A DNA stretch of 64,000 bases from Alkalispirochaeta sp. GTDB lineage: Bacteria > Spirochaetota > Spirochaetia > DSM-27196 > Alkalispirochaetaceae. Of this stretch, positions 59,200 to 64,000 are shown in pieces (within the stretch, counting starts at the first letter, position 1; every line of letters starts with the position of its first letter). The notes beneath the pieces were generated by a model. That model worked only from the letters and a program-made list of their open reading frames with translations, ran no database searches and had not been told where the DNA came from. A program made the translations under genes and the position numbers. Where the stretch lies: assembly GCA_965601925.1 (NCBI GenBank), contig OZ271854.1, positions 2,208,001-2,272,000 of the forward strand, in the 5' to 3' direction.

Positions 59200-59784
59200 C
59201 TACTCCGCCGCCGAGAATGACGGATACTCGTCGGTATAGTAGCCCATGTAGAGGTTTACGCGCAGCGACCAGCGCATCGTGCCGACCATAAACGTATGCC
59301 ACGACACGGGGTACTTGCCGGTGAACAGGACCACCCACCATGCAAGTGCGCTGAGAATCCCACCCCAGATTTGGCGAAAGAAGAGCACGAAGGCGTGCGG
59401 AATCAATACGTAGAACGGACCGAACAACGCTCGTACGATCACGAGTCCTCGATTGACACTCTCCGGATTCTCGAACTCGACCCGCGCATTATCGGCGCGC
59501 GCTTTGATTCCGAACTGGGGGTATCCGTCAACGAGGTTGGTGATGCTCGCGTTGAGCCGAGCACCCCAGTTGATGAGGCCGAGCTGAAAGTCGAATATGT
59601 TCTGCGGGATCTTCCCAGTGAAAAGAACCACCCAAAACTTGACGAAGGTAAGAACGGCGTCCCAAAAGCTGACGAACAGCAAGACGAGCGCGTGCGGTAA
59701 GACGATGTAAAATGCGCCCAGGAACGTCCTCAGCAGCAGCTCACCCCGTGAGTAACCTTCCTGGTGTTCAATAATGAGTTTCAT
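59200..59784 (-). CDS. DUF4389-like membrane protein (two internal repeats)
   Basis: Duplicated 'LPHA.VL.F...WVVLFTGK.P...W..R.N.......D.YP.F'. Confidence 0.8.
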   Translation of the reverse strand: MKLIIEHQEGYSRGELLLRTFLGAFYIVLPHALVLLFVSFWDAVLTFVKFWVVLFTGKIPQNIFDFQLGLINWGARLNASITNLVDGYPQFGIKARADNARVEFENPESVNRGLVIVRALFGPFYVLIPHAFVLFFRQIWGGILSALAWWVVLFTGKYPVSWHTFMVGTMRWSLRVNLYMGYYTDEYPSFSAAE

Positions 59785-59957
59785 AAGCCCCCTAACTCCG
59801 AAAATGGTTTGTTTGACCCGTCTCAACGACCGGTCTCACTTTGAATATAGTTCATCATTTTCATGAGTACCAACCTCATCAATTGGTATGGAGGAAAAAG
59901 TACTCGCTTGACCCGCGACGGAATGCGTCGGCGTCCGCATTACGTGTATTAGAATCG

Positions 59958-60989
59958 TCACGCGCGTTCTCGGTGCTCGCGGCGGTACCATTCCGCGGTA
60001 CGACGCAGACCCTCTGCGAGAGAAATCGAAGGATCGTACCCGAGCTCGCGCCTGGCCTTCGTTATATCGAGGGTTTGATGGTAGCGAAGCAACCCGACCG
60101 CATAGCGCGTAAGCAGCGGCTCGCCCGTAATCCACCGCATACGATGCACCGATTCGAGAGTCACCGTGGCGGCAACACCGATGCCGTAAGGCACGTGTAT
60201 GATGCGATGAGGCTCGCCGATATCGCGAAGAAGGTTCGATACCGCCTCCTGCAGGCAGCCCGGCTCGCCGTTGGTGACGTTGTACACCGGCGAGCGTGTG
60301 CGAATCGGGTTTCTTAGCGCGCCGGCAATGACCTCGCACACATTATCGATATAGGTGAGGTCGGCCAGTATGCAGTCGCGTCGAAAAAAGGGCACACCAC
60401 CCAGTTTTCGTGAAACTCGTACCAAGCGGGGCAGGAGTGTCGTGTCGCCGGGCCCGAACATCGCTCGCGGCCGGAGGATACATCCGTGGCCGGACTCCCT
60501 GAGGCGCGAAAGAACCAGATCTTCCGCCATGCCCTTCGTAGCGGCGTAGGGATCGACGATGGTGCCCGCGGCCCACGACGCCGTCGGTGGCACTTCGCCC
60601 ACATTCAGCTGATCTCGAAATTGGAAGCTCACGCTCGGTGTGCTGATGTGAATGAAGACGGGGCGCCCGTTCGATCCGCTCCGTTTACCGAAGAGATGAT
60701 CCAGAAGGTTGCGCGTGGTTGTGTAGTTGGCTCGATAGTGGCTATCCCAGCTACCCCATGAGCTGGAGAGCGCCGCGGTATGGACCACGCCCTCGATGTC
60801 CGACGGCACGGCGTCCCAACCCGACTCCTGCGCCAGATCGAGGGGTACAAAGGGAATGCCGTGCGCTTCCAGCGACCGACCGACGGCACGATTGCGTCCC
60901 GTAGCTACCACGTCGAACTGCGAGTCCTTTAGAAATGTACAGAGGCGACCACCGAGAAAACCGGTAGCGCCGGTTATCAGAATCTTCAT
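59958..60989 (-). CDS. NAD-dependent epimerase/dehydratase (3-beta-HSD-like extended SDR)
   Basis: 'TGATGFLG', 'YAATK', 'LRPRAMFGPGD', 'KARRELGY.P'. Confidence 0.9.
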   Translation of the reverse strand: MKILITGATGFLGGRLCTFLKDSQFDVVATGRNRAVGRSLEAHGIPFVPLDLAQESGWDAVPSDIEGVVHTAALSSSWGSWDSHYRANYTTTRNLLDHLFGKRSGSNGRPVFIHISTPSVSFQFRDQLNVGEVPPTASWAAGTIVDPYAATKGMAEDLVLSRLRESGHGCILRPRAMFGPGDTTLLPRLVRVSRKLGGVPFFRRDCILADLTYIDNVCEVIAGALRNPIRTRSPVYNVTNGEPGCLQEAVSNLLRDIGEPHRIIHVPYGIGVAATVTLESVHRMRWITGEPLLTRYAVGLLRYHQTLDITKARRELGYDPSISLAEGLRRTAEWYRREHRERA

Positions 60990-61142
60990 GAAGTGTGTTA
61001 TTCCGGCATTATTGGACGTGTTTTATAATAATAGCAAAAGATGATGTAAATAGTAAGCTCATCCACGTTGTTTGATGAGTTACACCATGTCATTCATATT
61101 AGTTACACGACGTAATGTAGAAAGGAGTGTGGGTCGGCGGAT

Positions 61143-61200
61143 ATGAACGGCACACACCCGGTAGTCCTCGTAGCGGGAGCCTCGTCGGGTATGCGTGCAT
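61143..61200 (+). pseudogene. N-terminal remnant of a short-chain dehydrogenase
   Basis: AGAAAGGAG upstream; 'MNGTHPVVLVAGASSGM' resembles the SDR TGASSGIG motif, then similarity is lost. Confidence 0.45.
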
Positions 61201-61293
61201 CCGCACGACCGCATGCGGCGAGATCCGCGGCTGTGCGACGCCTACCGCACCGGCGGTATGCGCAAGCATCCCTGCGCATCTATATTGAGGGGT

Positions 61294-62133
61294 ATGTCAC
61301 ACGCAACGGGGAACCAACGCAACGTGCTTGCTCACTGTATCGGTCGGGAGCAACTCGGCGTCGTTGCCGCTTGGACGCAGGACGGTGCGCGTCTCGGCGT
61401 GGCGCGCGTGGAAGTGGGTGCGGACAACACGCTCCAACTGTTTGTAGAGGACTGTCTCGACTTGGAGGAGGGACGGGCCGTCACGATTCACTTGGACAAT
61501 CGCACGGGCGTTGAGGAGTACGACACCGATCTGAAAGTCTACCGCAGCAGCTACAAAGGGCGCATCTCTCGCGTGTCGTCGGGGCGTATAGCGGTAGAGC
61601 CCGAGCACTTCGAGCTCATCTACGGCGTCAAACCGGTTGCGGCGTGGTCGACCCCCGGCTACGAACATCCGCCACTACCGCGACTCGCCGATGCGATGCT
61701 CCCCGGCGATCCGGTTCCGCCGTTTGATGCGGCGCCGGAGGACGCATACAACAGCGTCGGCGTATTGGTCACCTCGGCTCCGGTGCGCCCCCACACGACT
61801 TTAATGGCCTTTCACGCTATGACCGAGGAGCGCATTTTCCTCGTGACGTGGCGTAGTTCGCTGAAGTATCGTCTGTTGCAGCGCGACGCCCGCTGTTGGT
61901 TTGCCATCGACAACCGTAACACGTTCACCTTCGAGAAGCATCCCAAGTTCAACTACACGATCATCGAGACGCACGCCCGCGTTGTCGCCGACGATCATCC
62001 GCGTCACGATGACGTCGTGCAACGGTTTCTGGAAAAGAACCCTTTCGAACAGGGGTTTTTCCTCCATCCGGAAGCGGTGCTCCTCTATCTTGAACCGGTG
62101 AAGGTCGTGCATCCAACGCTGCGCCCGGCGTAG
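61294..62133 (+). CDS. Pyridoxamine 5'-phosphate oxidase-like split-barrel protein
   Basis: GAGGGG RBS; C-terminal 'GVLVTS...PHTTLMAF...IFLVTWRSSLKYRLL.RD.R..F.ID'. Confidence 0.7.
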   Translation: MSHATGNQRNVLAHCIGREQLGVVAAWTQDGARLGVARVEVGADNTLQLFVEDCLDLEEGRAVTIHLDNRTGVEEYDTDLKVYRSSYKGRISRVSSGRIAVEPEHFELIYGVKPVAAWSTPGYEHPPLPRLADAMLPGDPVPPFDAAPEDAYNSVGVLVTSAPVRPHTTLMAFHAMTEERIFLVTWRSSLKYRLLQRDARCWFAIDNRNTFTFEKHPKFNYTIIETHARVVADDHPRHDDVVQRFLEKNPFEQGFFLHPEAVLLYLEPVKVVHPTLRPA

Positions 62134-62442
62134 CCGCCGACGCGACGACCACGGCCCACCGAACTTCTCGTCGATCAACAGCGATAGCGCCCCGTCGGAT
62201 ACTCCGGCGATCGAGTATTCGCGGTATTCCTCCGGCGAGACCGCGAGTTTCACGTATTGGCCGGGGCGGAACGACGGCTCGAGGTCGTTCGTGAGTTCGA
62301 TACGGGAGATGGAATCGCTAAGGCGCTTCGTCGAACGGAGTATCGCGTGGAAGCGTCCCCCATCGACACGCTGCGGGAAGGGGACGAGATGGGAACGCTG
62401 CGTCTCTCTCGAGCGCCGCTGCTTTTTGAGTTCTCGTTTCAT
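62130..62442 (-). pseudogene. Truncated ferredoxin-reductase-type FAD-binding domain fragment
   Basis: 'SFRPGQYVKLAV...YREYSIA' FNR motif; similarity ends after 'GGP' and no NAD-binding domain follows. Confidence 0.6.
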
Positions 62443-62555
62443 TTTGCGAAAAGAGGCGCCGGCGGACCACGCGGCGACGCAGATGCTCGATACCGTGCCT
62501 GCGAATCGTGACCGCTCCGGGGATACCGCTTGATGCGATTCGTTCAATATTATAT

Positions 62556-62571
62556 ATGAACATATGTTCAT
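62556..62571. promoter_or_regulatory. ArsR/SmtB operator
   Basis: Perfect palindrome ATGAACATATGTTCAT immediately upstream of the ArsR gene. Confidence 0.8.
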
Positions 62572-62595
62572 TTGTTCAGGTTTAGGAAGACCGCT

Positions 62596-62958
62596 ATGAG
62601 CGTGTCGACCGCGATCGAATGGTGTTGTACCGATGCCGCCACAGCGGACACGCTTCAGCGCCGGCTTCCCGACGAGCAAAGCATCCTCGGTACGGCCGAG
62701 CTATTCAAAGTGCTCGGCGATCCCACGCGTCTGCGTATCCTTCTCTTGCTGCAATGGGAGGCGCTGTGCGTTCGTGATCTTTCCACGCTGCTCGGAATGC
62801 ACCAAACTGCCGTATCTCACCAGCTCAAGGTATTGCGACACAATCGTCTCGTTACGCGTCGACGGGAGGGTAAAATGGTGATCTACTCCCTCGACGACGA
62901 TCGCATTGAAGCGTTGATACGAATCGGTTGCGAACACACCGAGGAGGGGCGGTCATGA
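62596..62958 (+). CDS. ArsR/SmtB metal-sensing repressor
   Basis: 'FKVLGDPTRLRIL...LCVRDL...AVSHQLKVLR...RREGK...YSLDD'; N-terminal CC. Confidence 0.92.
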   Translation: MSVSTAIEWCCTDAATADTLQRRLPDEQSILGTAELFKVLGDPTRLRILLLLQWEALCVRDLSTLLGMHQTAVSHQLKVLRHNRLVTRRREGKMVIYSLDDDRIEALIRIGCEHTEEGRS

Positions 62959-64000
62959 CGGCATTCATTGGGGAACTGGCACGGGAAATCGCGCATCTGT
63001 TTGTCGAGATGGCGCCGTACCTCCTCATCGGTCTGACGGTCGCAGGAGTGCTCAGCGTTTTCGTGCGGCAAGATTTCGTAGCGCACCACATTGGAACATC
63101 CGGCCCCCGTTCGATCGTCACCGCTGCAATGCTCGGTGTACCATTACCACTATGCTCGTGCGGCGTCGTTCCCACAGCTGCGTACCTCAAGCGGGCCGGT
63201 GCTTCCAAGCCCGCCGTGATGTCGTTTCTCATCTCGACCCCGCAGACCGGCGTCGACAGCATCATCGCGACGTACGGCATGCTGGGGCCGCTGTTTGCGA
63301 TCTTTCGTCCGATCGTAGCGCTCCTCACCGGCGTGGCGGGCGGTTTCCTCTCATTGCTCGACGAACGCCGAACCGGCGGAGCGCTGCGGTCCGCCCCCGT
63401 CGCAACGATCGACGATCGCGAGCGGCCGAGCACGACACGCGCCAAGCTCGGAGCGTTCCTGCGCTACGCGTATGTCGAGTCGGTAGACGGAATCGCGGCG
63501 TCGTTTCTCGTCGGGTTGCTCATCGCCGGGATCATCGGCCTGCTCATTCCCGACGACTTTTTCGCGGGCAGTATCATCGGATCGGGGTTGCCCGCGATGC
63601 TGCTCATGGTCTTGGTCGGCATTCCGATGTACGTCTGTTCCACCTCGAGTATTCCGATTGCCGTCGCCTTAGTTGCAAAAGGGTTGAGCCCCGGTGCGGC
63701 CTACGTCTTTCTCGTCGCGGGACCCGCCACCAACGCCGCCTCTCTCGCTGTACTTTCACGGATACTGGGGCGTCGGCAAACCATTTTGTATGTGGCGACT
63801 ATCATCGTAGGAAGTCTGCTCGTTGCGCCCGCCATGGACTCGATTTCCACTGCGGTCGGGTGGTCCCTTCCGGTTTCACTTTCGGATCACGGACACGCTG
63901 AGGCTCCATCCGTAACCGGCTTGTCGGCCGCGGTGGCGCTGGCGCTCATGGTCGCCGCCTCGCTCGTACGTCGATGGCGACGATCTCGGACGGGTGGGCC
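62955..64000 (+). CDS. DUF318/SO_0444-type metal efflux permease (partial, runs off window)
   Basis: ATGA overlap; 'LPLCSCGVVP', 'TPQTGVDS', 'PMYVCSTSSIP', 'GPATN'. Confidence 0.88.
   Translation, partial: MTAFIGELAREIAHLFVEMAPYLLIGLTVAGVLSVFVRQDFVAHHIGTSGPRSIVTAAMLGVPLPLCSCGVVPTAAYLKRAGASKPAVMSFLISTPQTGVDSIIATYGMLGPLFAIFRPIVALLTGVAGGFLSLLDERRTGGALRSAPVATIDDRERPSTTRAKLGAFLRYAYVESVDGIAASFLVGLLIAGIIGLLIPDDFFAGSIIGSGLPAMLLMVLVGIPMYVCSTSSIPIAVALVAKGLSPGAAYVFLVAGPATNAASLAVLSRILGRRQTILYVATIIVGSLLVAPAMDSISTAVGWSLPVSLSDHGHAEAPSVTGLSAAVALALMVAASLVRRWRRSRTGG

Noticed and set aside
1..64000. CRISPR arrays, tRNA/rRNA genes, integrase or prophage genes
   Set aside because: No regularly spaced repeats, cloverleaf or rRNA signatures, or integrase/phage motifs were seen by eye. 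A covariance-model scan would be needed to exclude small RNAs.

Overview
GC-rich bacterial window, probably from a spirochaete. This is inferred from the 'xAGGxxE' N-termini of two solute-binding proteins and the spirochaete-like lipoboxes; no rRNA or other taxonomic marker is present. From left to right it holds: (1) a glucuronide-utilisation locus (membrane-anchored AraC regulator, sugar ABC transporter, uidA); (2) a GNAT, a fused and deleted HEPN-MNT toxin-antitoxin relic, and a GGDEF/EAL protein; (3) a ~13.5 kb island where a giant cytoplasmic STAND-ATPase histidine kinase and a divergent hydrolase plus sigma-54 activator are flanked by four surface-lipoprotein genes, each preceded by a sigma-54-like -24/-12 motif, three of them sharing an upstream AGACTTA box; (4) a near-complete oxidative purine-degradation operon containing an IlvC/KARI homologue with a remodelled active site, a candidate for the missing ureidoglycolate/glyoxylate step; (5) a BmrR-type promoter with hydrolase and MerR genes, plus detoxification-type genes; (6) two purine/nucleoside uptake-salvage operons (BMP-ABC with nucleoside hydrolase and ADP-ribosylglycohydrolase; Opp-type ABC with an embedded adenine deaminase) and a divergent deoD; (7) assorted membrane and oxidoreductase genes and an ArsR plus metal permease running off the end. 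No CRISPR array, tRNA or rRNA was seen. All family calls come from motif recognition by eye, not database searches.
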